From the human T2T-CHM13v2.0 reference genome, Homo sapiens, in assembly GCF_009914755.1 (NCBI RefSeq), contig NC_060944.1: 64,000 nt of DNA, one strand, 5' to 3'. The notes below the pieces were generated by a model. That model was not told the origin of the DNA. It ran no database searches and saw only the letters and a program-made list of their open reading frames with translations. The translations under genes and the position numbers were made by a program. Below, piece after piece: positions 44,506 through 62,031 of the stretch; within the stretch, counting starts at the first letter, position 1, and each line of letters starts with the position of its first letter.

Positions 44506-46021
44506 CTTTTTTTTTCTTTTTTTAAGAGTCAGGGTCTCACTCTGTCACCTAGGCTGGAGTGCAGTGGTGCAATTGTTACGGAATCTTTGGGGTGTCGATT
44601 TTCTGGTTGGAAAACTGTGGTTGGTGGCATCTTTGCCCGAGTTCTTGTCCTGCATCCAGGAAGAATGGTGTAGGTAGACAAGTGAAGGGTTAAAGGAGAG
44701 GAGATTTATTAAGTGTTAGAACACCTCAGAGGAGACCCATAGTGGGTAGCTCCTCTCTAGGTTGTTCTGTCAAGTGTTCAGCTCTCAGCAGAAAGGGAAG
44801 CCCTGGAGAGGGTTGTTTCCGTCTGCAGCTGTTAGTTCCCAGACATCTCTGCAGGTCTCTGAAGCATTCAGCAGAGAAAGTAGCTGGCCCTCCCATTGTC
44901 TCCAGCTATCAGCAGAAGGGATAACTCCTTCCTGACTCTAGTCTTCCCTCCTCTGTCTTCTGCCCTGTTCTGGCTCAGTCCTGGGCTTTTATTGATGTCA
45001 GAGGGGAGGAAGTGTATGCCCATTGGTCCATGGGCAGCCATGGACGGGCCCAGGAAAAAGCACCATGAGTTTTGCCTCCAATCTGCAGGACTGGCAGCCT
45101 AGCCTGCAGGTTGGGCTTCACTGGGGACCAATTCCCTTCCACCCAGGAGCCTGTCTGCCTCCCACAGCCATCCATGGCACCCAGGCTTCTGGCATCAAAG
45201 GGCACTTGCAGGCCAGTGCCCAGCCACCCTCGGACCCCCTCAGCTTCCCCTCCCATGTTCCTGCTCCTCGGTGTCCAAAGTCCAGAGGGGGCTGAGGTGG
45301 CAGGGGACTGGCATGTCAGCACTGCTTCCAATGTGTGCACACCTGGCTGGGCTGTGACAGCACCCTGCTGGGTCCCAACCCCACTCTGAGATCAGAGCAC
45401 AGAGCCAGGAGGTGGGAGAGACCAGGCAGCAGGAGGAGGTGCCTCCAAGCCTGCAAGGGGCAAGGGGGTCGTTCCCAGCCTCCCCAAGAGTACAGGTTTG
45501 CCTGAGTCTGCAGCATTGGTTTGGGTGGCTGGGTGGTGGGCTGGGGTGGGGACAGAGTAGGGGAGTTGGATAAACTCCTGTCTGCTCCATGGAGTGGGAG
45601 GTCCAGGTCTACAGCTACAGCTGCAGTGTGGGCAGCTGAAGCAGCATCCAGGGAGCTCCCATTCCAACTCAGAAGGGGCAGGGCTTCCACTTGTCCCCAT
45701 CCTGCAAACTCCAGGGAGCATACAACCCCGGCCACACCTCTCCCCTGCAGCTGGCATGATGGCAGCAGCCGCTGCCATCACAATCATAGCTTATTGTGGC
45801 CTCAAACTCCTGGTCCCAAGTGATCTTTTTACCACAGTCTCCCCAATAGCTGGGGTCACAGGCATGTGCCACAATGCCCATCTAATTGCTTTTTATTTTT
45901 TGTAGAGAAGGTGGTCTGGCTATATTGCCCAGGTTAATCTCTAATTCCTGGACTTAAGCAGTCTTCCTGCCTCATCCTCCTACATGGCCGGGATTACAGG
46001 CATGAGCAACTGTGCCCAGCT
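44506..46021 (-). mobile_element. AluJ split by an LTR (pieces 44506-44573 and 45781-46021)
   Basis: The Alu sequence ..gcagtggtgcaat resumes as caatcatagctt.. after the LTR. Confidence 0.85.
44574..45780 (-). mobile_element. GC-rich ERV1 solo LTR (MER52-like)
   Basis: TG...CA termini; 4-bp TSD CAAT at 44570-44573 and 45781-45784; minus strand begins TGATGGCAGCGGC. Confidence 0.85.
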
Positions 46022-47075
46022 CCTGATAAATCCTTTCTTAATCAAAGCCTTCATCAGCAGCCTTACTTACCACAGTCTTCCCAGATGATCTCAGGTTTCC
46101 AAAGAAATTAAAAGTAGCTACTGCTGACAAAACTGTTGGGTTCCCTGATATTGTGCAAGAATATAATTATGCTAGGTCTTCCGTTAGCTAGCTCTTCTTC
46201 TGTAACTGTCTCTTTCTATGTATTAATCAAAACTGATGCAACTTTTTAAAGAACTATTCCTAGAAACTTTCTTCCTTCCCAGTCAGATTTAATGTATTAT
46301 TTATCCATTTAAAGGACTATATAAGTAGGACATGGTTTGGGTATATAACAGCACTTACGGCCATTTACTTTGTGGTTCAGTGATTTCTGTGTGCTTCTGA
46401 CTTGTATATACTCTCAGCCCTTGTAGATGTAGTGGTGGTAGTTTTCCCAACTTAAATTTATCTTTATCATCCACCTTTATCCACAGTCCTCCTCATGTTT
46501 AGCACATTGTCAATAAATATTTACTAAGCTGAACTGAAAGTTTTTATTATGCATAAATACTAAGATGTACATGTCCATGGTCATTCAGGACAGCAGAAGT
46601 CCTATTTTTTTTTTTTTACCAGTGTATCTATTGCTAACAATTGCTTCAAGGTCAGGAGCCAACTCATGTACTAGACATGTAAATCTTGTGAAAATATTCA
46701 TAATGGAAACAGCATGTAGCAAGTGCAAACAGAACTAAATACATCCTTAAATTTATCACAGTCCCTTCAAAGTATGAATTCTTCTTCTAGCATTACATCA
46801 AATTTGATAAAATCCAAAAATATTTTATCTCAATGTTTTAAAAGTGTTGATGCTGTATACATTGAGTTGTTGTACAATTGAATGGAACCCACATTCAAAG
46901 TTTTTCCTCAATGTTAAAATTAAATGGTTCTCTCTGTGATTCTTTCTGTTTGCAGTTCTTCTCATTTCATTGTTAGAATTTGCCTCTACTAATGTAATTA
47001 ATTTGGCATTGCAGATATTCTGATCTTTTCAAATGTGTATTTTGACAGGTGCCTCAAACATTCATCCTTGGTTTG

Positions 47076-47762
<687 letters not shown>

Positions 47763-48446
47763 AGTTGTAAACAGTTGGAAAATGAGTATCTGTATTGAAT
47801 CGCATATTTTAGCCAAAGTTTGCTTGTAGGAATACAGCCTATGACCAAAGAATTAATAGCTGACTCTCATTTGAATGGCCAAGATTTGCTCTCTATTTCC
47901 TGTATTTTATTTTTGTGCCTGTATGTTGGATATAGGCAAATTTTTACACAACAAACCAGAAAAGTTCAATAGTCTTTCATTCTCTGCTTTCACTAACTTC
48001 TTTTAAGTATATTTCAACAATTATCTTAATATTGTCACCAGTAGATTAAGCGTACTGTTATAAACACTCTATTTCTATTTATTCAAAACTTGAATTGAGC
48101 CAGCTGCTAATAACATTTTTTAATTAGCATTGCAACCATATTCACCTACCATATTTTTCCCTCTCCTTTGATTTCTGGGTCATTACTCACTTTCACAATT
48201 TCTATGTGACTCACCATTCTATACCTATTTTGCCTTACCTTAAAATATTTTTTGATTTAATACATTTACATTTTTTCCCCTTTTGCTTTTAGAATTGCAT
48301 TACTATCATGGAGGGTTTTCTTTTCCTTTTTCAAGAGTTTCTCAAAATTCTTGACCAAAGCCCTATCCCCTGAAGTGAGTAATATTCTTCACTATATTAC
48401 CGCATCACATGTTTACATCTGGCTAAAGTAAGAAACACTACTCGTG

Positions 48447-48582
48447 TTCTGTAGCTAATTGATAATTGTTAAAATAAACTTAATGATTGATAACAAATTA
48501 TAGAAAATGATTATTTTAAGGTACTTTATACTTGTAATATTTGTAAATAATATGAGTTATCACCTCTTTCTGTAGCTAATTG
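48447..48582 (+). repeat. direct-repeat-flanked insertion with a copy of 50033-50105
   Basis: TTCTGTAGCTAATTG at 48447-48461 and 48568-48582; 48495-48569 matches 50033-50105. Confidence 0.8.
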
Positions 48583-51231
48583 TATAGGGAGCACATGCAG
48601 TTAGTGGCATGTTTCTTAACACATTTCTCATATCAAGAATAACAAATACAATGCAGTGGGGAGTGGAGAAAAGAAATTAAATGTGGCTACATCTGTAAGT
48701 AACAATTGCAGCCACTTTGTCAAGGGTAAAACAATCATCCATGAGCTATACAGATTATTTGCAACCAGAATAACTGAATCAAGAGGTTCCAACTCATTAA
48801 TTTGTTTCATTCCCATATACCTGAACATCTGGGACATGAAGAAATAGTGTGTATGTGTTAATAGGCAAAGCTGTAGTAATGACTTCTACCTACTAGAAGC
48901 AGTTATCTATTTTCCTGTTACTATCTAATTTTTACACAAAAATACTTGAGATGAATATTGACAGAAACTCAGAAAGAAGTATGGCCTAAATTAATATGAA
49001 GGTAATGTAGTAATGGCAGAAATTTACAGCTTAAAAGTTTTTACAGTAGGAAGATTATTGTAATAGTGAGAGCCATGTATAAGTTTGTTTTGAAATGATA
49101 ATGTACAGCTAAAGAGTATAATGCTCAAATTTTTGTATATGTAGTTTTTGTAATTCAACAAGTAGGGTTAAGAGACACTAAGAATTATACAGAATGTTGG
49201 ATTTTATTTCACGTCTGTTCCTCTTGTGAGACATTGCCATCTTTCCCATGTTTCATCAGGTGTTCAGTAAGTTAACAACATTCACTCTGTGAAAAGTACC
49301 ACATGATTTATTGTATAAATATAGTTGGAAATACACTGTGGTTCCTCATATCCTCAAGTTTATAATTCAGTTTGGAGACTACACTATATAAATGTAGAAA
49401 CGCCATAATTATGCTTATAAATTGACTTTTTAAAACATGCAAATTAATATGGTAGAAACTGAATACATAAGTATGGGGGTGCCATATAAAATAATGATCA
49501 ATGCCAGTGGGATTAATCAAGGAAAGTTTCTTGGGGAAGTGAATTCTAAACAGAATTTGGTATATTTGTTTAGCACACATTTTATGTTTTCTAATTATAA
49601 ATACAATGTATTCTCATATTCTCAAGGTAATAAATTTGTAAATTTTAAATTAGTAGGAAGAGTAAAAGGAACTAAGATCCCACTGTCCAAAGGTAATCAT
49701 TATTCAGTTTCTTCTCTTTTCCTTCCATTTGGTTCTCTGATATTTTCTTCATGGTTGCCATTATATCACATATTCAATATTATAACCCACTTTGTGTTTC
49801 AGTCAGTGTCTATACATACAACTTTGAATGATACAAATGTTTCATAGAAACTAAGTTTAATCAAATCAAGAAACTAAGTTTAATGCCAGTCTATATCAAT
49901 GTACAGTTTCCTTCTAGCTAAATATTTAGGCTTTTCCAAATTTTATTAACATAAATAACTCCAAAGATATTTTTGTTAACATTTTCTCTTAGTGTTATTT
50001 TCATAAGGTAGACTTTAACAATTTACTATAATAAATTATAGAAAATGATCATTTTAAGTTTCCTTATACTTGTAATATTTGTAAATAATATGTTATCACC
50101 TCTTTTGAATTAGTTATTTCGGCTTGATATTTTATTGCATTGATCAGAATTCCCAGAATTGTAATATAATGCTAATTATTAAATCTTACATTCCTTCTCA
50201 TGTTAATAGTTATTATTTTGTAAATATGATGCTATTAGCAAATTTTAGATTGACATCCTTAATATATTAGTTAGATGTTAGTAATTCCACTTTTCCTTAT
50301 AACTGTGTTTTTCTTTTTAATCAGAAATCAATGTTGAGTTTTGTTCAATAATTTTATTATATTTATTCTGATTTTCATATTACTTTCTATTAACATATTG
50401 GTAAGTTTTTCTAAGATTTTCCATATGTTTATCTGAAAGGAGTTCGGTAATTTTCTTCACTGTTGCCATTATCAGATTATATATCCGATTTACAAAAGTT
50501 TTGTTAAAAATTTGGTTCCCCCCCATTTTTGTATGTCATTGAACATTTTGTTGACATTTCACATTTCTTGATTATTGAAGGAAATCTATAAGTCCATTGC
50601 TTGTAAAGGTTTTTTTGGAGAAAAGTTACTCTTTTTTAGTATATACTACTTTGTTATTGCTGTGTTCACGTATTAAAGTTAAATTATCTACTTTATTAAG
50701 ACTTAAAATATTAATATATCATAGTATCAACTTTAAATATCTTCACATCTGTTGTTATATGCTTTATTTCTAATTTTTAAATGTGTACTTTATCTTGATT
50801 AAATTTTATTGAAACTTATCTATTTTCTTATTGTTTCTTTTTTAAACAATCCAGTCAGGATTTTGCAATTATATTTTTTATGATTTATGATTTTATTGTT
50901 ATTGTTACCCTCATATATCTTGCTTTTTTAAATAAATTTGTATAACTTATTAAATTTGATGTTGTTTATTTTCTTTTTTTTAAGTAGACCTTTACCTGTT
51001 CTTTCTTCACCCACTTACGTTTGAGTCACCTGCAATGTGTCAGCTTCTACTTTCCCTGATCTTTCTTGTTGCTTTCCCTTATTTCTTCCTATAATCCAGG
51101 TATGATGATCTTCCAATTGACTCTCATGGCACCCTACACTTCTGTTATCACAGCACATGCTATTCCATTGTGCAAATGGATGGGCGAATAAGAGCACTTT
51201 CAGGACTTTATCATAATGTTTCAAAGTCATA

Positions 51232-51533
51232 TTTTTTTTTAAGAGACAGGGTTGTGTTCTATCACCTAGCCTGGGGGGAGAACAATGGTGTAATCATGGT
51301 TCCCTACAGCCTTGAACTCCTCGTTTCAAACAATCCTCCCACCTCAGCCTCTAGAATAACTTGGACTACAAGGGTGTGCAGCCACACCCAGCTAAGTTTT
51401 TGCTTTTCATTTTTGTAGAGATGGGGTCTCACTCTGTTAACCAGGCTGGTCTTGACCTCCTGGCCTCAAGTGATCTTCCCACCTTAGCCTCCCAAAGTAT
51501 TGAAATTACAGGCATGAGCCACCACAACTGGTC
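51232..51533 (-). mobile_element. AluJ
   Basis: Diverged reverse dimer. Confidence 0.85.
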
Positions 51534-52622
51534 TGAAAATTCTTAAATCCACTTATGGGCTATCTTCTAACTGTTCCCTTCCTCTATTTATGTCTCCAGT
51601 AAATTTCAACTCGTTCTTCAAATCTGGCTTCTGAGTGACCTTTTCAGAGATTCTCCAATGTATTCAAGTAAATGAAACAACTGACTTCTATGTTTTTTCA
51701 TTTTATTTTATGATTAAATATCAAAATATTGAAATAAACAATATGTCCTAAGTAGGTTTTTTTTCTATCTCAAGTTCTTGATTTTGAGGCCTTTAAAGAT
51801 AGAAACAACGGAATCAGGTCCTTGAACACAGGAGTTAATCAGTAAGCATTTGTTGAATAAACAATAACAGGACATCTTTCTGCTTTCCTAAAACTCATCA
51901 AAGAATTCTTACTCATTCTAATCCATCTTCCCTTATGATGAGACCAAACCACTCACTGTGGTCAACGGCATTAAAAAATAAAAAGTGGGGGGTTTCCAGA
52001 GGTTAAAAAATGTGGACAAAACTATTTGAAATATTCATGTATTTCTGAACTGATTCATTAAATAATTTTCACTATTAATATTTGTTAAATGCCTACACAT
52101 CATTAGGGACCGTAAGTATAGCAGAGAACAAAACAGAAAAATTTTCCGGCCACATGAAATCTATATTCTAGAGGACAGAAGAAATGGTCTGATAAGAATC
52201 AGGAAAGAACAAGATATGTCCAGATTAAATCATAACCTTTATGTAGAATAAGAGTGAAATCACTGTAAGCTATGTTGATATTTGACCAGGCTACTTGAAC
52301 ACTTTTAGATAAGTGCTTTAAAGCTATTGGTGGCTTTTGAACAAGAAACTACTGTGGTCATTGAATTTCATGACAGAGTGCAAAAGAAGTGGAAAATGTA
52401 CATATAAATATTCTCAGGCCACAATGTGCCATATCATGGAAACTTTGCAATTTTCCAGATGACAGAGAATAGAAATATGAGACATGACAATGGAAATGAT
52501 AGTGAAAGGATGAATGTTAAATACACTGCAGAGGAGTATGAACTGGCAAGAATTGACAGATGATGAGTTAAGCAAGGTATGAACAAATGAGGAGTCAGGT
52601 GATTAAGAAGGGAGGGGGAATA

Positions 52623-52971
52623 AAATCATGCATCGCTTAATAACAGAGATACTTTCTGAAAAATGCGTTGTTAGGCAATTTCATTTTCCTGCAAACTTCA
52701 TAGAGTGTACTTACACTAACCTAAATTGCAGCCCACTACTGCACAACTAGGCAATATCGTATAGCCTATCGCTCCTAGGCTACAAAACTTTATAGCATGT
52801 TACTTTACTCAATACAGTAGGCAATTGTAACACAATGGTAGATATTTGTGTTTCTAAACAAACATCAACATAGAAAAGGTACAGTAAAATACAATAAGAT
52901 AGTCTTATGGGTCTACCATCGTATATACAAGTCTGTCCTTGACCAAACATTGTTATGTGGTGCATGACTGT
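52623..52971. mobile_element. Tigger3 (Golem)-type MITE
   Basis: TIR-like ends (..tcatgcatcgcttaataac / gttatgtggtgcatgactgta). Confidence 0.75.
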
Positions 52972-53975
52972 AATATGGTATCATGTTGAGCAGAAACTCT
53001 CAACCTTCCCTGTTGAGGTACACTGATAAAAACTATAATAGGAAATGTATTTCTGATTGCAAAATCTCATAATTATGAGCAATTTGTTCTTTCATAAATT
53101 TAAGAGAATTCTCCAGAATAACAACACTCACTTTCATTGCTGTATGCTTGTCTTTAAAAGTAGAAGGAAAAGTTGATGAAAGTATGGCTAAAGTTGGAAC
53201 TTCTCTCTCTTCTACCCTGGCTGCAGCATTAGTGAATAAGTATAATTTTTATGACTGTAACAATTAAATATTTCTCTTTCTGGACTTTACTTTTCCAGAA
53301 AGAGAATCTTTGGAGGAAAAGCTGATCTGTGAGGCAGTAAAGGAAAAGTGTTAATGTTTATGCCATATGAACCTTTAGAAGAAAGTCATTTTTTGATGGA
53401 AGCTTGCTTGTATCAATACATGCATGCATGGAAACAAATACTCTCTTCTTCCCCATGTCTTTTGTATGCTATCCTATTCCACCAGTCCTGAATTAGTGCT
53501 TTTGCCCTGCAGCTAACTCTCTCAAGTTCATCTTTCTGAAGTCCGAATCTCTCTCTTGAATGTTTCTGGCCTTAGTACCTACCCTGTAAACGCACTAAAC
53601 CTGATCCATTTACAGACTAGATAGTTTTTTGGTCCAAAAGATAATTCATGGAATTTCCCTAATAAATGTATATTAACTTATATCATTTTAACAATTGATT
53701 TTCATTGATCCTGATGAGGATTGGCTATTAGTTGATTATTATGTGTATGTTGTAAAGATATACATGGCTGTCAGAAAAGAAGATATTTTATGCCATAAAA
53801 TATTATGAGACAATTTTTTAAAAATAAGACTATGTTTTTCCTGAAACAAGCTATTTCTACAAACATATGCTTTCATGAAATTTTATTTCTCATGTTACCT
53901 TTAAGATTACCTTGTTGTATGCTGACTATATTAATAAAGTTAGAGATTCTGTGAAGTTTTAAGAGATTTTCTCTC

Positions 53976-56390
<2,415 letters not shown>

Positions 56391-57479
56391 CAATAAGCGT
56401 TTATTGTGTTGAAGTTTTGTGAAAATAGTAGATTAGGTTTTTCTACCAGTTGGGTATCTTAAAAAATCCTTTAGTACTCAGTTTTTAAGTTTTAAGTAAA
56501 AAAGATCACAAGTGACTAATTAAAGTTATAATGAGAGTACTGTAAGTATTCCAAAATAGTTGTTTCTAGTGGTGATATTTAGGGTGTATATTTGGTTTGG
56601 ATTTTGTGCATATGTATTTCTAAGTTACCTACAGTGAATACATTTGTGGACATCAAACACTCTATGTTTCTTTTTTTGTGATAGCTTGTGCCTGATCTAA
56701 TTCTACATTAGCGAACAGATTGAAGAAGTGAGGAGACATCAGATAGATGTAGACACTTCACCAAGGAGTCCCCCTGCAGTGCCACAGGGGCAGTAGGCTC
56801 ACTTATTCCATATCCTTGGCATTTGCAGGGATAGACATACACAGGGAGGCACGGGGAGCTCCTGAGGAGCAAGAGCAGATGGTCAATGATGGGAAAAAGT
56901 TGCAGTGTCATAGACCCTGTTTCTTTTAATGGAAACTCAGGGATGGATGGCTTGGCCATAAACTATTAATAGTACCTCTGGGAAATAATAATACTCAATG
57001 CAGGACCCATCAAAACTGTTTCTCAAATTTAAAAGATCCACAGGGTTGCAGAACAGGGACTTAGAAATAGTAGAGGCAATTATATTTAAAATGGATGGTC
57101 ACAAAACCATGATTCTGGGTTAGTATGGTTTGCCTCCTCAGTAAATAAGACATGGAATCATAGCAGTAAAAGTATTTTGAGTCTGGCATTTTACACATAG
57201 AAATGTGAATCCCTTTTTACATTTAAAAAATGCAAATCAATAGAAAATATGTGCTTTTATACATAGGATTTTGGTTTAAGGACTATATTTTAGTGCACAG
57301 TCTTCTACTTAACAAAATATATCTGCATTCAAAATAAATTATTTGCTATGAAGCAGAGAGTAAAATTTATCAGGGTCTTAATATTATAAGTTAAATTTTA
57401 TATTTTGAGGTTACTAACCTGGTTTGGATTTTGTACATTTACACAACACCTTACGGAAGAGGTTTTCAAACCACATTCC

Positions 57480-58480
57480 ACAGAATGTCCCTTTTTAAGG
57501 CTAAGTAATATTCCACTGTATATCTGTACGACATTTTGTTTATCCATTCTTCTGTCAATGAATGCTTCCACCTTTTGGCTATCATGAATAAAGTTGCTAT
57601 GCACATGAATTTGCAAATATCTGTTGAAGTCCCTGCTTTCAATTTTTGGGGGTTTAAACCCAGAAGTGGACTTGGTAACTGATATAGTAATTCTATGTTT
57701 CATTTTTATTTATTTATCTATTTATTTATTTATTTATTTTTGAGAAGGAGTCTGACTCTCTTGACTCACTGCAACCTCCACTTCCCAGATTCAAGTGATT
57801 CTGCTGTCTCAGCCTCCTGAGTAGCTTGGATTACAGGCACGCAGCACCACGCCCAGTTAATTTTTGTATTTTTAGTTGAGACAGGTTTTCACCATGTTGG
57901 TCAGGCTGGTCTTGAACTCCTGACTTCGTGATCTGGCCACCTCGGTGTCCTAAAGTGCTGGGATAACAGGCATGAACCACTGATCCCAGCTTATGTTCCA
58001 TTTATTTTTAATTTTGGAAGCACTGTACTCTTTTCCACCATGAGTATACCACTGTAGAGTCCACTGCCAATGTACAAGAGTTTCGATTTGGCTACATCCT
58101 CACCAACACTTGTTATTCCCTGCTTTTTTGATGATTGCCATCTTAATGTGTATGAAGTTGTATCTTACTATGGTTTTGATTTGCATTTCCTTAGTAATCA
58201 GTGATGTTGAGCATCTTTTCATGTGCTTGATGGCCACTTGTATATCTTTTTTGGGAAATTTTCTATGTAAGTCCTTTGCCTATTTTTTAATAGGGTTGTT
58301 TATTTATTGTTGAGTTGTAGGAATTATTTATATATTCTGCATATTGATCCCTTATCAAAGATATTATTTGAAATATTTTCTTCCATTCTGCCAGTTGTCC
58401 TCTGATTGTACAAAAGTTTTAAATTTTGGTGAAGTCCAATTTACTTGTTTTTTTCCTTTGTTACTTATGCTTTTGGTGTC
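57480..58480 (-). mobile_element. L1MA/L1MB 3' part interrupted by an Alu
   Basis: ttttaaggctaagtaatattccactgtat..ggttttgatttgcatttcc. Confidence 0.8.
57703..57990 (-). mobile_element. AluS with an internal deletion
   Basis: (TTTA)n tail and reverse Alu lacking the ccaggctggagtgcagtgg segment. Confidence 0.88.
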
Positions 58481-58953
58481 AGAAAGCTTTTAGTTTATAA
58501 TTTTAACTATATCATGTCTCCTGCCTCATATGTACCACTGGACAAGATCTCTTTTATGTGCTCTGCTTCTGTCAGAGGTAAATGTATTTTGAAGTGGAGA
58601 ACGAAGATAATTGCAAAATTGGCCTGGAGAACTAAGGTAATTATGAAAGTTACAGATACAAGAAGAGAGGGCTCAATATGCCAGCAGTTCTCTACCAATC
58701 CATCCTAGCGGTCTTCTTTTAGGATTGCCTAAATAATGCAGGGGATGGGTGCAAGACACACAAGTGTTCCAGAAGCATGTAAACAAGGTACAGAGAAAAG
58801 GATAAGATAAAATAAGATGAGCTAAGAATATTAGGGAAGTCCTGTTCAGAAGATGGCCTACAGAGGCAAAAGGGCCAGTTTCATTTTGCTGAGGGAAACA
58901 GGGTGGTAAGAAGCCTCGTGGGGAAGATCCGCGCTTACCCTGCTACAGAGAGG

Positions 58954-59450
58954 TGTAAAATAACGTAATGGGAGAGCATTAGGCTGAGATAGCTCCCATG
59001 GCCAGGGTTCCTGTGTAGACAAAATGAAACAAGCTCAGCCCACCAACAAGTGGCCCACTAAGTATTAGCTGTGTAATGAGAGACCTACCACCAGGATAGT
59101 TCCAATAATGCAACTGCCCAAATTTTTGCCAAACAAATAATTTCTCTACTCTACTTCTACATTCACCCTATAAAAGCCTTCCCTACAAACGCCTCCAGTA
59201 GATCCTCCAACCACTTTCAGTTTGGAGCTGGCTGATCCATGAATCTCTGTTTGCTTAAACTCTTTAAATTGTTAATATGCTTACATTTATCTATTTTTTT
59301 CTCATTTTTAAAAATTGAGATGGGATCTTCCTATGTTGTCCAGGCTGGTCTTAAACTCCTGAATTCAAGGGATCCTCCTGCCTCAGCCTCCTGATTAGCT
59401 GGAATTATAGATGGGTGCCTCCATACCCAGCTTACATTTATCTTTAAACA
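58954..59450 (+). mobile_element. ERV-type LTR interrupted by an Alu monomer
   Basis: TG start, TATAAAA box, ttaaactctttaaa..ttacatttatctttaaaca end. Confidence 0.5.
59293..59431 (-). mobile_element. FLAM (Alu monomer)
   Basis: TSD TTACATTTATCT at 59281-59292 and 59432-59443. Confidence 0.85.
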
Positions 59451-60404
59451 AGGGTTTGACCCCTTTCTGAAATGTATTTGTGTTAAGACCTGTACCGTAA
59501 GTGATATGGCAGGCTCAATTTAGACCATTGGACACTTTTGTCTCTGGACCACAATTTGCCCTTTGTGACCTGCTCTCCTAAGAAATTCAAGTGTAATTCA
59601 AGTTAGTTTACCCTCTGCTGATCAGGGGAGATTGCTCTGGGTGCAAACTCAAGACAGGCACTCACACCTTCATTCATACCCCAAATCTCAACATCACACA
59701 ATACACCTATGTAATAAACCTGCACAGGTACCCTCCAGAATCTAAAATGAAAATTGAAATTCCCTAAAATTTTAATTTCATCTTACTAAAAAACAAAGAT
59801 AAATTTACTTCTTTCCAATTTTGATATACATTATACTGACATACACACTATATTCTATGGTGAATTATGTTGATTGAATTTCACATTTTAAACTAACACT
59901 GAGTTACTTTGAACAACTCTATTGGGTCATAATGTATTTTGTTTTTAATATATTTTAATACAATTTGCAAATATTCTGTTTTAAAATTACATCTATGTTC
60001 CATAAATAAATAAATATGTAAAAATAATAAATGTTTATATTATTCAAGTGAAGATTACAGCGATCTTTTTGAATATCTACTTAACCTCAGCTAGCTTTAA
60101 ATTCAGAAGTAGCAACTCCATAGAAATTCAACTTATTTCTACCTTATTACTCATACTTGTCTCCTTGAAGAAGCTTCATTGCTATCATCCAGTTTAGACT
60201 GGGATGTCACAAATCTCTAGACTGAGTAGTATAATACTCACTATTCAAATAAAATCAAATTATTATAATGTTATGACACCTCCAAATACAAAAATGAAGC
60301 CCATGGATGTTAGGTTAAGGTATAGAGACAAGTATTCCTACTTAGTATCTTTTAGGGCAGACATATCCCAGCTAAGGTGATTGCAAAATGAAATGGAAAC
60401 CATA

Positions 60405-60540
60405 TTGTGGAAGGGGACTTGAGACTCAGATTGGATTTTCATTCCAACTCTTATATACACAAGCTGCATGACTCTGGGCAAATTGCATATTCTCTTAGAG
60501 TTTCAATTTCTTCATCTGTACAATGGAGGTTAATGCCTAT
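60405..60540 (+). mobile_element. MIR
   Basis: tttcaatttcttcatctgtacaatgg core. Confidence 0.6.
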
Positions 60541-61332
60541 GGGCTATGGCTGATGTGGTGATAAAAGAACCAACAGGGATTCATGGGCAGGGCCTGGTCC
60601 ATAAAGCAGCTGGCATCAACCAATGGAAGCCCCCTTCCCATCTTGTCTTTGCGTGCACTACAAAATCTGGAATATGTGGGTATAAAAAATACTCTTATAA
60701 GAGACAGAATTGGAAACTTTTGCAAAAAGAGATTGGAAAGGTGTCACATCTTGTGGCATGAGGAGCTGTGGGCATACACTTGAACTTTGTGCTGTGAGAT
60801 ATCCACAGAACTTCAGTAGCTTAAGAGAACAGTTTAGATGTCATCTTAGTCATCTACCATAGAACTTCCTCTTCTTTCCGAGATTTCTCGACAGTAACTT
60901 TTACAGCTCTAATAATGCAGTTCTCTCCCAATTGTTTGGACTATTCTAATAGATACAAAGCAGTATTTCACCAGCAGATGCTACTGCAGTTCATATGATG
61001 ATTTCAAACTGAGAATCCATTTACAGTTATGCAATGCATATTTTTTGGAAATAGGGTGAAAGTATTTTAAGATTAAAATCCTATGAAATAGGTTTACAGT
61101 AAATAATTATTTGTTGCAATGTCTATCTTACTATCTTATATTCACACATGTATCGGTGTCCTAATAAATATATATGGTGAGTGAAATTTACTTGAGGGCA
61201 GAGACTGTGCCATATGTTCCCTGCACCGCTGATGCCCATATCAGCACGTGATATACAGTAGATGCTCAGTAAATACTTTAACTTAAAAAACGCACTAAGA
61301 ATAAATCTTAGAAGACATCAAAATACATATGA

Positions 61333-61700
<368 letters not shown>

Positions 61701-61789
61701 ACAAAATGTTTTAATGTAGCTTCAAAACCCCTTTGTAAATAGGCTTATTCATAACAAGATGAAAACAAGAAAACATTGAGCTTCATATA

Positions 61790-61985
61790 ACAGAAGGGTT
61801 CTGCCTGGATTTACATGTGGCCCCATCATTTGTTTGCTGTTGGGCCATGGTCAGGTTACTTAGCTGCTCTCTGCCTCCACATAGGCTTTATGCCTGTACA
61901 TCCCTCATCTACAAAACGGGAATAATAAGAATATCTAACAGTTAGAAGTGGAGAAAACATATATAAAGGTCTTTGAAAAGATCTT
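61790..61985 (+). mobile_element. MIR
   Basis: ccctcatctacaaaacgggaataataaga core. Confidence 0.55.
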
Positions 61986-61992
61986 GTCAAAG

Positions 61993-62031
61993 CTCAATAA
62001 TTGTCCTCAATAATTGCTCTCAATAATTGTC
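61993..62031 (+). repeat. 13-bp tandem repeat x3
   Basis: CTCAATAATTG(TC/CT) x3. Confidence 0.85.

Noticed and set aside
44742-45905. Cluster of overlapping 60-139 aa ORFs suggesting a gene or CpG island
   Set aside because: Lies within or runs just out of a GC-rich LTR; stops are scarce because of composition and CpG is low.
49437-49847. 136-aa ORF
   Set aside because: No recognisable domain or splice context; AT-rich chance ORF.
61993-62031. Short direct repeats as a CRISPR-like array (also 3087, ~40839, 49846)
   Set aside because: Eukaryotic DNA, 2-3 units and no unique spacers; simple slippage duplications.
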